Assembly: GCA_963727625.1 (NCBI GenBank)
Contig: CAVSHR010000004.1
Location: 891,850 to 955,849 of the forward strand
Source of the DNA: an uncultured delta proteobacterium
Lineage (GTDB): Bacteria; Desulfobacterota; Binatia; UBA9968
Direction of reading: 5' to 3'
Length of the DNA stretch: 64,000 nucleotides
This document shows positions 55,658-64,000 of the stretch, in pieces. Every line of letters starts with the position of its first letter. Position 1 is the first letter of the stretch. The position numbers and the translations under genes were made by a program. The notes under the pieces were generated by a model. The model was not told the origin of the DNA and searched no databases. It saw only the letters and a list, made by a program, of their open reading frames with translations.

Positions 55658-55773
55658 TAATTCCGCCTTAGGGTCAACTTATCACATAACTTAACCGGTC
55701 CAGTGCCAAGCTTTCCTTGACACCCTAAAACTTCTAGGGCTATTTTGACGGCAAATCAAACCGAGGAGCCTCC

Positions 55774-56544
55774 ATGATCGAAGGACTGAAAGATAAAATT
55801 GTCATTGTTACCGGCGGCGGCCACGGCATCGGCCGGGCCTATTGCCATGGATTTGCCGAAGCCGGCGCAAAAGTCGTGGTTGCCGACATCGACGCGCCGG
55901 CTGCGGAAAAGGTCGCCGGCGAAGTCATTCAACAGTACGACGGCAAAGCGCTGGCCGCCAAAGTCGACGTTGCCAATGAACCATCGACCAAGGACATGGT
56001 CAAGCTCGTGCTCGACAAGTACGGCCGCATCGACGTCTTGATCAACAACGCCGCGATCTTCGCCACCATACCGATGAACCGTGGCGGCATCGATACCATC
56101 GACCCGGCGGAATGGGACCGTATGATGCTGGTTAATCTCAAGGGCTTGTTTTTCTGCTGCCGCGCCGTCCTGCCGACCATGCGCCAACAGAAGTCCGGGA
56201 AGATCATCAACATTTCTTCGGGAACCGTCATGAACGGCAGTGCCGGTCGCATCCACTACGTGACCTCCAAAGCCGGCGTCATCGGCTTCACCCGTACGCT
56301 GGCGCGAGAAGTCGGCGATGACAACATCAACGTCAACGCCATCGCGCCGGGCTCGACATTGTCCGAGGACAATCCCAGCGAAGAAGTGCTCAAGATGCGC
56401 GGCGCGCGCGTCGGCGATCGCTGTTTGAAACGCGTTCAGCTGCCGAAGGATTTGGTCGGCGCCATGCTGTTTCTCGCTTCACCGTTGAGCGATTTCATGA
56501 CCGGCCAGACCGTCGCCGTGGACGGCGGCTCAGCGTTTCTTTAG
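55774..56544 (+). CDS. SDR-family oxidoreductase (FabG-like)
   Basis: TGGGHGIGRA, NNAA and Y-x3-K (YVTSK) motifs are present. Confidence 0.85.
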   Translation: MIEGLKDKIVIVTGGGHGIGRAYCHGFAEAGAKVVVADIDAPAAEKVAGEVIQQYDGKALAAKVDVANEPSTKDMVKLVLDKYGRIDVLINNAAIFATIPMNRGGIDTIDPAEWDRMMLVNLKGLFFCCRAVLPTMRQQKSGKIINISSGTVMNGSAGRIHYVTSKAGVIGFTRTLAREVGDDNINVNAIAPGSTLSEDNPSEEVLKMRGARVGDRCLKRVQLPKDLVGAMLFLASPLSDFMTGQTVAVDGGSAFL

Positions 56545-56556
56545 AAATTACCTTTC

Positions 56557-57378
56557 ATGGCTGCGTACCAGCGCCGAACGATCATTGCCGGCGATATTAA
56601 AACCCATTTTCTGGAGGCCGGCAGCGGGCCGGATCTCGTATTGCTGCACGGCGGCGAATACGGCGCCTCGGCGGAAATCACCTGGCGCTCCAACATCGAA
56701 GCCCTCGCCCAGCGCTTTCATGTCGTCGCTCCCGACCTGCTCGGCTGGGGGCAGACCGACAAGATCTACAGTTTTTCCGACCCGGCCGGTTTGCGGATCA
56801 AGCACCTGCAACGCTTTCTCGAAGCCTTGGCCATCGGCCCGGCCTACTTTGTAGGCAATTCGGCCGGCGGCGGCCTCGTTCTGCGCGCGAGCGTTCGTCA
56901 GCCGGCGCCGATACAAATAAAAAAAATGGTCACCATCTGCGGTAACGCCAGCGTGTTCAAGACCACTTCCCAAGCCGATCTAGAAAACTACACGCCTTCG
57001 CCGGAGAACATGAAGAAGATCGTGGCGTTGCTCTATCACGATGCCAAATGGCAGTCCGAGGAGCACATCCGCGAGCGTTATGAGGCCTCGATCATCCCGG
57101 GCGCTTGGGAAACCTTATCCGCCGCCCGTTTGCGCAGTCCGGTCCATCAAGCGCGCTCGACCACGGACGAATTCGTCAAACTGCTTTCGCGCCTACAGAT
57201 TCCCCTGCTGATCATGTCCTGTGAACACGATCCGGCGAATCAACCGGATTGGGACGTTAACTTTCAGAAGATCGTGCCGGGCTCCAAGGTCCACCGCTTC
57301 AGGCGTTCCGCGCACGAGCCGCAGATCGAAGAGACCGACGAGTTCAATCGGGTATTGACCGAATTTTTGTTGAGTTGA
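56557..57378 (+). CDS. Alpha/beta hydrolase (meta-cleavage-product hydrolase-like)
   Basis: It has HGGEYG, the nucleophile elbow GNSAGG and a C-terminal His. Confidence 0.85.
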   Translation: MAAYQRRTIIAGDIKTHFLEAGSGPDLVLLHGGEYGASAEITWRSNIEALAQRFHVVAPDLLGWGQTDKIYSFSDPAGLRIKHLQRFLEALAIGPAYFVGNSAGGGLVLRASVRQPAPIQIKKMVTICGNASVFKTTSQADLENYTPSPENMKKIVALLYHDAKWQSEEHIRERYEASIIPGAWETLSAARLRSPVHQARSTTDEFVKLLSRLQIPLLIMSCEHDPANQPDWDVNFQKIVPGSKVHRFRRSAHEPQIEETDEFNRVLTEFLLS

Positions 57379-57400
57379 AATATTCTCCACAGGAGACCCT

Positions 57401-58405
57401 ATGACCGCGCCGCGCTTACGCTACAAGATTTCGATCTTCTCTTTCATTCTGAGTTTTATCGCCGGCGGCAACGCTGCGGCGCAATTGACCAAGCTCAAGA
57501 CCTCCTACAGCGCGCTCACCGCCAACATGGGTGCCTACTGGTTGGCCAAGGACACCAAGATCTTTGAAAAGTACGGACTGGATGTCGACGTCGTGCTGAT
57601 CGAGAGCGGCACGATCACGATCCAGGCTTTGGTTGCCGGTGAAACCGATATCGCCATGGGCGGCGGCACGGTCGCCGTGAGCAGCGCGCTGGGCGGCAGC
57701 GATCTAGTGTCGATCTCGAGCATCGAAAGCCGACTTCCCTACGGGTTGCTCGCGCAGAAAAACATCAAAACCATCGGCCAGCTGAAAGGCAAGAAACACG
57801 CGATTTCGCGTTTCGGCAGTGTGTCCGATCTCGGCTCGCGATTGATCCTGCAAAAATTTGGTCTGTTGCCGGAGAGAGATGTGACGCTGCTACAGATTGG
57901 CGGCACCAGCACGCGTCTCGCGGCTTTGAGCAAGGGCACCGTCGACTCGACGATTTTGACCCCGGAGTTCTTTCTACTGGCGAAAAAAGCCGGCTTTACC
58001 ATCCTGGTCGACCCGACCCAGTACCAGATCGATTTTCCCCAGCTCGAAGTCGTTACCACGCGCCGTTTATTGAATTCGCGGCGCGACGTCGCGATGCGCT
58101 ATTTGCGGGCGATTCTCGAAGGCATTCACAACTACAAGAACGACCGAGAAGGCAGCATCCGAGCCCTCGGCAAATATCTCAGAATCAACGACCGCGAAGC
58201 CCTGGAAGAAGTATATAAAATCTATTACAAGATCTATCAGCCGATCCCCTATCCTTCCGCCGCGGCGATCCAGACCCAGCTCACCTGGATGGCCGAGCGC
58301 GATGCGCGCGCGAAGGCCGCTAAACCGGAGCAATTCATCGACGGCTCGATTCTGCGCGAGATTGAAAAAAGCGGATTCGTGTCCCGCCTTTACCGGCAAA
58401 AATAG
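57401..58405 (+). CDS. NMT1/THI5-like ABC substrate-binding protein
   Basis: It has a signal peptide and a paralogous pattern, and ends EKSGFVSRLYRQK. Confidence 0.8.
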   Translation: MTAPRLRYKISIFSFILSFIAGGNAAAQLTKLKTSYSALTANMGAYWLAKDTKIFEKYGLDVDVVLIESGTITIQALVAGETDIAMGGGTVAVSSALGGSDLVSISSIESRLPYGLLAQKNIKTIGQLKGKKHAISRFGSVSDLGSRLILQKFGLLPERDVTLLQIGGTSTRLAALSKGTVDSTILTPEFFLLAKKAGFTILVDPTQYQIDFPQLEVVTTRRLLNSRRDVAMRYLRAILEGIHNYKNDREGSIRALGKYLRINDREALEEVYKIYYKIYQPIPYPSAAAIQTQLTWMAERDARAKAAKPEQFIDGSILREIEKSGFVSRLYRQK

Positions 58406-58413
58406 TCATTGAG

Positions 58414-59862
58414 TCAAGCCAGTTTTGGCTGGGCGACTGCTATCGGCGGCCGTTTTTTACCGAAGCCGGTCGCCTGCTCAAACGCGTGACCGATTTGCAG
58501 CACTCCCAGATCGTCGCGATAGCGCCCGACGATTTGAATGCCGATGGGCAAGCCGTCATCGGTAAATCCGGCGGGGACTGAGACCGCGGGACAAAACGTC
58601 GGCGTGATCCAATAGGCGCTCTTCATCCAATCGAGATAACTCGTCATCCGCACACCGTCGATTTCACCCGGCCAGTGAAGACTTGCGTCGAAGGGCGGCA
58701 CTTGATTGACGGCGCAAAGCAGAAATTCATATTTTTGCTGAAACAGGCGCACGCGCTGCATCAACTCGCCGTGCCGCGCCATCGCATTGGCAATATCGCT
58801 GCCGCTGAATTTACTGCCTGATTCTATTTGCCAGACCGCTTCGGGTTTCATTTCATGGCGGTGTTTGACCAGCAGTGGACCGAGCGTGTGCCAGTAGTTC
58901 CAAGCGCGAAGGGTACGAAATATTTCGTCGCTGCCGGTTAAATCCGGAGTAGCTTTTTCGACGATGCAGCCAAGATCTGAAAAGGTTTGTCGCCGCGCGT
59001 CCAGAACAGACCGCACACGGCGATCGAGCGGCAAATTGCCCAGATCAGGCGACCAGGCGACGCGTACACCTTTAAAATCGCGACCCAAGGGTTGCGCGAA
59101 CAGTGACCGATCACATGGATAAACCGCGGGGTCGCGAGTATCCGCACCCGCCATCGCGCTGAGCAGAAAAGCAACATCACCGACCGACCGCGCCATCGGC
59201 CCTTTGACCGTGAATCCCAAAAACGGCATCGCCGTCGGCGCGGCAGGCACCAGACCGACGGTCGGCCGCAGCGCCACAATGTTGTTAAAGTTGGCGGGAT
59301 TGCGCAGCGAGCCGCCAAGGTCGCTGCCGCTCGCCAAGGGCAACAGCCCCGCAGCCAGCGCCGCGCCGGCGCCGCCGCTCGAGCCCCCGGCGGTTTTGCT
59401 TAAGTCGTACGGATTGAGCGTCGTGCCGTAAACCTCGTTGTAGGTATGCGAGCCCATACCGAACTCGGATACGTTCGTTTTGCCGATAGCGATGACGCCC
59501 CTCTTGCGCAGGCGCTCAACCAACACCGAATCTTCGCTCGGCATGAAATGTTTGAAGATCGCCGAGCCGCGCGTCATCGGGAAACCGACAGCGGCGTCCA
59601 GATCTTTGAAGGCAAACGGCAGGCCGTGGAGCGGTCCAACATCCTCGCCTCGCGCGCACTGACGATCGGCCTCGTCCGCGAGAGCGAGACATCTTTCGTC
59701 GTCCAATTTGGCGACGATGGCGTTGATCTTGGGATTGACCCGCTCTATTTGATTCAGAAACGCGCTCATGATTTCGCGCGCCGAGAGTTTGCCGGTCCGG
59801 AGGAGCGTCGCGAGATCGCGCGCGGCCATGAAGCAGATTTCGAAGTCAGCGCCGGTAGTCAT
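58414..59862 (-). CDS. Amidase (amidase-signature family)
   Basis: The GGSSGG motif lies within the AS signature, in a 482-aa protein. Confidence 0.9.
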   Translation of the reverse strand: MTTGADFEICFMAARDLATLLRTGKLSAREIMSAFLNQIERVNPKINAIVAKLDDERCLALADEADRQCARGEDVGPLHGLPFAFKDLDAAVGFPMTRGSAIFKHFMPSEDSVLVERLRKRGVIAIGKTNVSEFGMGSHTYNEVYGTTLNPYDLSKTAGGSSGGAGAALAAGLLPLASGSDLGGSLRNPANFNNIVALRPTVGLVPAAPTAMPFLGFTVKGPMARSVGDVAFLLSAMAGADTRDPAVYPCDRSLFAQPLGRDFKGVRVAWSPDLGNLPLDRRVRSVLDARRQTFSDLGCIVEKATPDLTGSDEIFRTLRAWNYWHTLGPLLVKHRHEMKPEAVWQIESGSKFSGSDIANAMARHGELMQRVRLFQQKYEFLLCAVNQVPPFDASLHWPGEIDGVRMTSYLDWMKSAYWITPTFCPAVSVPAGFTDDGLPIGIQIVGRYRDDLGVLQIGHAFEQATGFGKKRPPIAVAQPKLA

Positions 59863-60033
59863 CTTGGAGTTCGAGACGAATTGGAAAGTCTCGGCATCGG
59901 GCCGAGCAGTGCACGAGTCTCAGTCAAGCGAATAAGATCCATTCACTGAGAATCGGCTTGTGGGATTGATGTCATTTCGAACCCAGGAGAATTCCTTCTG
60001 TAATAGCGCCAAGTGGAAACACTTCGAGCGAAT

Positions 60034-60579
60034 CTATATCCCCGGCGTCCTCACTCCGACGGGCGGTCGAGCAACGTTCTTCGATATTTCGTCGACGTCC
60101 CACAACCGGGAGAACTTGAGCGCGCGCGGGCAGTGGCTGTAAGACTCTTCAACGTTAAGCAATAATCCTTGAAGCACTTCCGCTTTTTCGTCCGGATCGA
60201 AGACTTCGAGTTTGGTGCCGTTCAATTCCGATCGATCAAGGACCTGAACTCGCCCGTTGATCCGCACCGTGGAATTGTGTCCGGGAATAAAAAATATCAA
60301 TCCGACCTTGGGATTGCTTTCGACGTTGCCGTAACCGTGAAACAGCTTGTTGCCGGCGACGTCCGGGATGAATAACTGCTTGTCGTTGAGAATTTTCACG
60401 AAACCCGGCGTCCCTCCCTTGGGCGAGGCGTCGCAATCACCGTTTGCGTTGCTCGTCGCCATCACGCAGAAGGGCGAATGGCGGATAAAATCTTGGATCC
60501 ACCCGGCCATGTATGCGCGCACTTTGCCTTTTGTCCGTTCCACCGGATATCCGAATTTGTCCTGATACTTGGTGTTCAT
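60034..60579 (-). CDS. Pyridoxamine 5'-phosphate oxidase-family (PPOX-type FMN-binding) protein
   Basis: The 181-aa ORF has a split-barrel-type pattern (FCVMATSNANGDCDASPKGG...LFFIPG). Confidence 0.7.
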   Translation of the reverse strand: MNTKYQDKFGYPVERTKGKVRAYMAGWIQDFIRHSPFCVMATSNANGDCDASPKGGTPGFVKILNDKQLFIPDVAGNKLFHGYGNVESNPKVGLIFFIPGHNSTVRINGRVQVLDRSELNGTKLEVFDPDEKAEVLQGLLLNVEESYSHCPRALKFSRLWDVDEISKNVARPPVGVRTPGI

Positions 60580-60614
60580 ACTCTCTCCTTTTTATCCGCG
60601 GCCGAGCTTTGAAC

Positions 60615-61319
60615 TCAACGTCTTTTGCTTATCTCCGAAAGCAGTTCAAGCTGGATCTCCTGGATCTGCGTCAATCTTTCCCACTGATGAGATATCAAAT
60701 GATCGACTTTCTCGTGCAGGTGTCGAATCTCCAGCTCGGCTTTTAGGTTTACCTGATAATCATGTTGCGACCGCAGCCGGTCTTTGGTCTCCTGGCGATT
60801 CTGGCTCATCATGATCACCGGCGCCTGGATCGCCGCGATGCAGGAGAGAATCAAGTTCAACAAGATATAGGGATAGGGATCGGGCGGGCGGGCATACAAT
60901 ACGAATGAATTAGACCCGATCCAAAGCACTAAGAACACACCGAAGCAGATGAGGAAAATCCAGCTGCCGCCGAACGTCGCGATCCGATCTGCCAGGCGCT
61001 CGCCGAAACTCCACACCTGTTCGAACTCTGTATCGACGTCTTTGGCCAGCGTCTCGTGCTCACGAAGGCTGTGTAAGACTTCTTGCTCGAGCGAGCTCAA
61101 CTCGCCCTTCTCGGACTCAAGCAATCGATGAACATATTGCGACCGGTGGCGGTTGAGGTCGGTCCGGCATATCCACTTGTCCTGCGACCAGTCCGGGTGC
61201 TCACGCAAGATCTCCTCGGCAATCACGTCGCGCACGGCGATCCCGGGTATCAGCTCCCGCGGCGCAAAGCTCTTGGCGCAGATTGCGCAGTTTTTGGTTT
61301 CTTTAGCGGCGGTGACCAT
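60615..61319 (-). CDS. DUF1003-domain membrane protein
   Basis: It shows GGSWIFLICFG...DPYPYILLNLILSCIAAIQAPVIMMSQNRQ, typical of DUF1003. Confidence 0.75.
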   Translation of the reverse strand: MVTAAKETKNCAICAKSFAPRELIPGIAVRDVIAEEILREHPDWSQDKWICRTDLNRHRSQYVHRLLESEKGELSSLEQEVLHSLREHETLAKDVDTEFEQVWSFGERLADRIATFGGSWIFLICFGVFLVLWIGSNSFVLYARPPDPYPYILLNLILSCIAAIQAPVIMMSQNRQETKDRLRSQHDYQVNLKAELEIRHLHEKVDHLISHQWERLTQIQEIQLELLSEISKRR

Positions 61320-61356
61320 GGCGCCATTGCAACTTTGGCAGAGCCAATAATGATCG

Positions 61357-61911
61357 CTAGTTGTTTTCCAAAAAGGTCAGCCGCTCCGCCATCGGCGTTT
61401 CCGGAAAGATATAGCCGCAAGCCCGGCAGGTTCGCAGTTTCGGATCGGCGTTGAATTCGGCATAGACGGCGGAGACCTGCGAAGGGATGTTGCCTTGATT
61501 GACGATTCGCGACAACACCAGCTCATCGCATTTTTCACAGAACCAGGCGAATTCTTCTTTTTCTTCCTGCCGGCGCTTGCGCTCGATCACCAGGCCCCAG
61601 GTGTTTTCGAAGCGGCGCGGCGAGTGCGGCAAGCCGCCCGGACAAACCAAGATTTCCCCTTCTTTAATCCACGCCGACTGCCGGCGCTCCCCGTCCGGTT
61701 TGAGCACCAATTCCATCTGCCCTTCGACCTGATAGAAAAACTCATCTCCCGGCTCGATATGAAAATCCAGCCGAGTATTCGGCCCGCGCAGCATCATGAC
61801 AAGAAAGTCTTTGTGATGAACCATGAGCTTGTTGGTGCGAAACGGCGGGTTGAACAGATGCGCGTTCTCTTTAACCCAATTCCTCAAATGGACTGTGGAT
61901 AGTAATTCCAT
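61357..61911 (-). CDS. nbaC: 3-hydroxyanthranilate 3,4-dioxygenase
   Basis: It has a cupin with H/E/H ligand positions (DFHIEPGDEFFYQ...PHSPRR) and a C-terminal rubredoxin-like CEKC...CRAC. It is collinear with the bacterial HAO sequences I recall. Confidence 0.85.
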   Translation of the reverse strand: MELLSTVHLRNWVKENAHLFNPPFRTNKLMVHHKDFLVMMLRGPNTRLDFHIEPGDEFFYQVEGQMELVLKPDGERRQSAWIKEGEILVCPGGLPHSPRRFENTWGLVIERKRRQEEKEEFAWFCEKCDELVLSRIVNQGNIPSQVSAVYAEFNADPKLRTCRACGYIFPETPMAERLTFLENN

Positions 61912-61921
61912 GGAAATCCTT

Positions 61922-61948
61922 TTGGAGTGATGCAGTAGTGGAGTGTTG
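61922..61948. repeat. Left inverted repeat flanking the four-helix-bundle ORF
   Basis: TTGGAGTGATGCAGTAGTGGAGTGTTG pairs with 62442..62476: 21 of 23 positions, plus 4 more after an 8-nt bulge. Confidence 0.55.
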
Positions 61949-61979
61949 AAGTAATGGGTCTCGGAACCTACCCACCCCG

Positions 61980-62327
61980 CTACCCATACGTTTCATTACT
62001 CTCCTTGACGATTAAGTTATCGATCCAGTCTCCATCCAGTTTTTTTCTTTCAAGGCTTTCAACTAACTTTAGCAAACCGTTCTCTAGTTTATAGGCCAGT
62101 TGATCGAGCACCGAAAAGTCTTTATCGCTAATCTGCCCTGCAGTCCGATATGCGTGCAAACCTGAAACGCTCTCGCCCAGTGATCCTAAGGCAATGTTGA
62201 GGAAATTCAGATACTCTCGGATCGATCGACGACAATACCCTTCAGCAATTTTCCGGTGTACCGAATCGCTGGCCGCGATTGCCTGCGATCCGATCCGTTT
62301 CAACTCATAAGGCAGTTTTCCGAACAC
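61980..62327 (-). CDS. Four-helix-bundle protein (23S rRNA IVS protein / Avd-like family), N-terminus apparently disrupted
   Basis: It shows ...IAEGYCRRSIREYLNFLNIALGSLGES..., typical of the family. GC is visibly lower than in the neighbours. An in-frame TGA lies just upstream, and N-terminal-like residues sit in another frame. Confidence 0.7.
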   Translation of the reverse strand: MFGKLPYELKRIGSQAIAASDSVHRKIAEGYCRRSIREYLNFLNIALGSLGESVSGLHAYRTAGQISDKDFSVLDQLAYKLENGLLKLVESLERKKLDGDWIDNLIVKESNETYG

Positions 62328-62441
62328 GTGACTGGACAGGCGATAGAATTCTATGGCATCCTGTCAAATCCGGAGTTGCTGATAGCCACAATTTTTGTTC
62401 TTCAGCGCCTCAAAACTCCATCAGTCCAGTTTTCTCTTGCC

Positions 62442-62476
62442 CAACACTCCAGTACTCCAATACTCCATCACTCCAA
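62442..62476. repeat. Right inverted repeat flanking the four-helix-bundle ORF
   Basis: CAACACTCCAGTACTCCAATACTCCATCACTCCAA contains ACTCCA-type sub-repeats and ends 1 nt before the stop of the upstream gene. Confidence 0.55.
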
Positions 62477-63250
62477 CTACTTTGCCTTCCCTGCTTCCCT
62501 TGCCACCCCGTCGGTCAATGCCCACCAGATCGACAGGCCTTTGCGCAGCGCCTTGAGCACGCGGACTTGTAGTTCATGGGTCGTTGCAAGCTGTTCGACC
62601 AGCTCGTAGCCGATGTTGCTATGCTCGGTGTCGGCCTCGCCATGCTCGGCGAAGAATTCTATGTCGTGAGGCTTGAGTCCGTAATTATCCCGAAACGTCC
62701 GGAAAAACTTTCCGCCGGTCAACTGGTTGGAGAATTCGTTGCAGCAGTTGGTCGACGCCAGCTGTTCGAGAATGTGGTTGCTTCTCAGCGCGATGTCGAG
62801 CCAGCCGACGCGGGCCAAAACCGTCGTTGGCAAAAAATCTTCCTCGGTTTCGCAACGCTCCATTTCCTTGGCTGGGATACCGATGCTCTCGCCGAAGCGC
62901 AGGAACAACGCCCTGTGGCCCAATACTTTTCGCGGTGACCCTTCGAAGTAGCTGTAACCGACTTCCGAATGAATGACATCGACGAACTTCTTGTGGATCT
63001 CCGGATCGTGGATGCCGGACAACTGGCAGCGCACCAGCTTGGCGGTGTTGATCGCCACGTTGTAAGCGAAGATACCCCAGGCTTCCTTGGCCCAAATCTT
63101 CACAGCCTCCAACGGCAGCTTGCCTTGGTAAAGATCCAAGTAGAACGGATGGTGCAAACGGGCATGACCGTTTTTCACCTCGTTGACCAAGACTTCACAG
63201 AATTCTTGAGTCGCTAGAGTCTTTCCTCTCAGTACCGCTTCAGCAGACAT
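62477..63250 (-). CDS. TenA/PqqC-like (heme-oxygenase-like fold) iron-containing redox enzyme family protein
   Basis: It is helical throughout, with HHPFYLDLYQGKLPLEAVKIWAKE... and later E/H-rich helices (FAEHGEADTEH). Confidence 0.6.
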   Translation of the reverse strand: MSAEAVLRGKTLATQEFCEVLVNEVKNGHARLHHPFYLDLYQGKLPLEAVKIWAKEAWGIFAYNVAINTAKLVRCQLSGIHDPEIHKKFVDVIHSEVGYSYFEGSPRKVLGHRALFLRFGESIGIPAKEMERCETEEDFLPTTVLARVGWLDIALRSNHILEQLASTNCCNEFSNQLTGGKFFRTFRDNYGLKPHDIEFFAEHGEADTEHSNIGYELVEQLATTHELQVRVLKALRKGLSIWWALTDGVAREAGKAK

Positions 63251-63280
63251 ATTTGCACCTCTTCGAGTCGTTGCGTTGCT

Positions 63281-63718
63281 TTACGGCTGCGGCCGTCTTC
63301 GATTGTCAAACTTGAACTTGTTGGCATTGCAGGCGATCTCGACCCGGTTGCCGTCGGGGTCGAGAAAACTGATCGAACGGTTACCCGCCACGATCAAGGT
63401 CTCCGGCCCACTGACAATCGGAATTTTTCGCCGCTTCAACACCGGATAGATCTTGTCGATGACCTCGTTCGAATCGACATAGATACAGAAGTGATGCAGC
63501 TTCGGCGCGCCCTTGCCCGAGACATGCCGCACGGCCTTCGGCAGCGCCTGAAGAGCGATATCGTGATGTTCCCTTCCGTAACTCAAGAATGTCATCTTGG
63601 TCTTTAGGTTCCGCGCCGAAACCTTCAACCCGAGAATATCCCGGTAAAACCTCTCCGACTTCTTTAGATCGGCGACATTGAGGACAATGTGACCGAGCAC
63701 TCCGTTGCGAATGTTCAT
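63281..63718 (-). CDS. VOC-family (glyoxalase/extradiol dioxygenase) protein
   Basis: It shows VLGHIVLNVADLKKSERFYRDILGL...HHFCIYV...DPDGNRVE. The start was trimmed to MNIRNG (uncertain). Confidence 0.75.
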   Translation of the reverse strand: MNIRNGVLGHIVLNVADLKKSERFYRDILGLKVSARNLKTKMTFLSYGREHHDIALQALPKAVRHVSGKGAPKLHHFCIYVDSNEVIDKIYPVLKRRKIPIVSGPETLIVAGNRSISFLDPDGNRVEIACNANKFKFDNRRRPQP

Positions 63719-63850
63719 AAACGGCCCTAATAGATAACGGCGCCCGGATTCTGTCAAGCAGCCGCGTGTCCGATCGAATGATTCATTTGACAATGCTTTC
63801 GCGAATACGAGATATTCCGCGCTGGTGCAAAGACTATCGAGGAGTTGCGC

Positions 63851-64000
63851 ATGAAAATTATGGTGGTCATGGGCGAATACCCGCCCGAGGAAGGCGAACG
63901 GCGCCGTAAAGCGGTGCTCAAATGCGCGTCGCCGGGCACAGAGATCGGCTTCGGCGTCATCAAGGCGACTTTTTTTAAGCGCTCCAACTCTCAGGTCAAT
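63851..64000 (+). CDS. Asp/Glu/hydantoin racemase-family protein, N-terminal fragment (runs off the right edge)
   Basis: Own translation gives MKIMVVMGEYPPEEGERRRKAVLKCASPGTEIGFGVIKATFF... Only 50 codons are visible. Confidence 0.45.
   Translation, partial: MKIMVVMGEYPPEEGERRRKAVLKCASPGTEIGFGVIKATFFKRSNSQVN

Noticed and set aside
1-64000. I searched for CRISPR arrays, rRNA genes, integrases, transposases, phage structural genes and long tandem repeats.
   Set aside because: None was found by visual inspection of the sequence or the ORF translations. The only repeats seen are the short palindromic families reported above.

Overview
This is a gene-dense 64-kb chromosomal segment from a bacterium that looks high-GC by eye (no statistics were computed). 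Secreted and periplasmic proteins suggest a Gram-negative-type envelope, possibly from an uncultured lineage. Most of the window is ordinary but paralogue-rich metabolism. It holds two UbiD-family decarboxylases and two three-subunit molybdenum hydroxylase clusters (xanthine dehydrogenase/CoxSLM type, each ordered small-large-medium). There is also a MocA-like cytidylyltransferase and a phnDCEE phosphonate ABC transporter. A ferric-type ABC transporter is preceded by four tandem paralogous binding-protein genes, and four NMT1/THI5-like binding-protein genes are present, one of them truncated. A second phospholipid module (CDP-alcohol phosphatidyltransferase, CdsA, PlsC) and an aromatic/amine catabolic block are also present; the block includes an amidase, 3-hydroxyanthranilate dioxygenase, a PqqC/TenA-like protein and a VOC dioxygenase. 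Housekeeping genes are cysS, pgsA, thiI, tRNA-Gly(GCC) and tRNA-Arg(TCG). Five things stand out. (1) A visibly lower-GC accessory segment (about 12.9-17.75 kb) carries vapBC plus an uncharacterised cassette: a 386-aa protein with a C-terminal HEPN-like RNTTGH motif, a 2-TM miniprotein and a divergent XRE regulator. This segment ends at a 5'-truncated binding-protein gene. (2) A Bcp/peroxiredoxin gene has an in-frame TGA exactly at the catalytic Cys position, followed by a SECIS-like hairpin, so it is a probable selenoprotein that the ORF track splits in two. (3) An EgtB/OvoA-like sulfoxide-synthase gene is broken by a 1-nt frameshift. (4) A low-GC four-helix-bundle (IVS/Avd-like) ORF sits between imperfect inverted repeats inside an operon, and an 'empty' hairpin of the same repeat family lies 12 kb away. 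(5) A palindromic repeat occurs in both intergenic spacers flanking one Mo-hydroxylase large-subunit gene. I saw no CRISPR array, rRNA, integrase or transposase.
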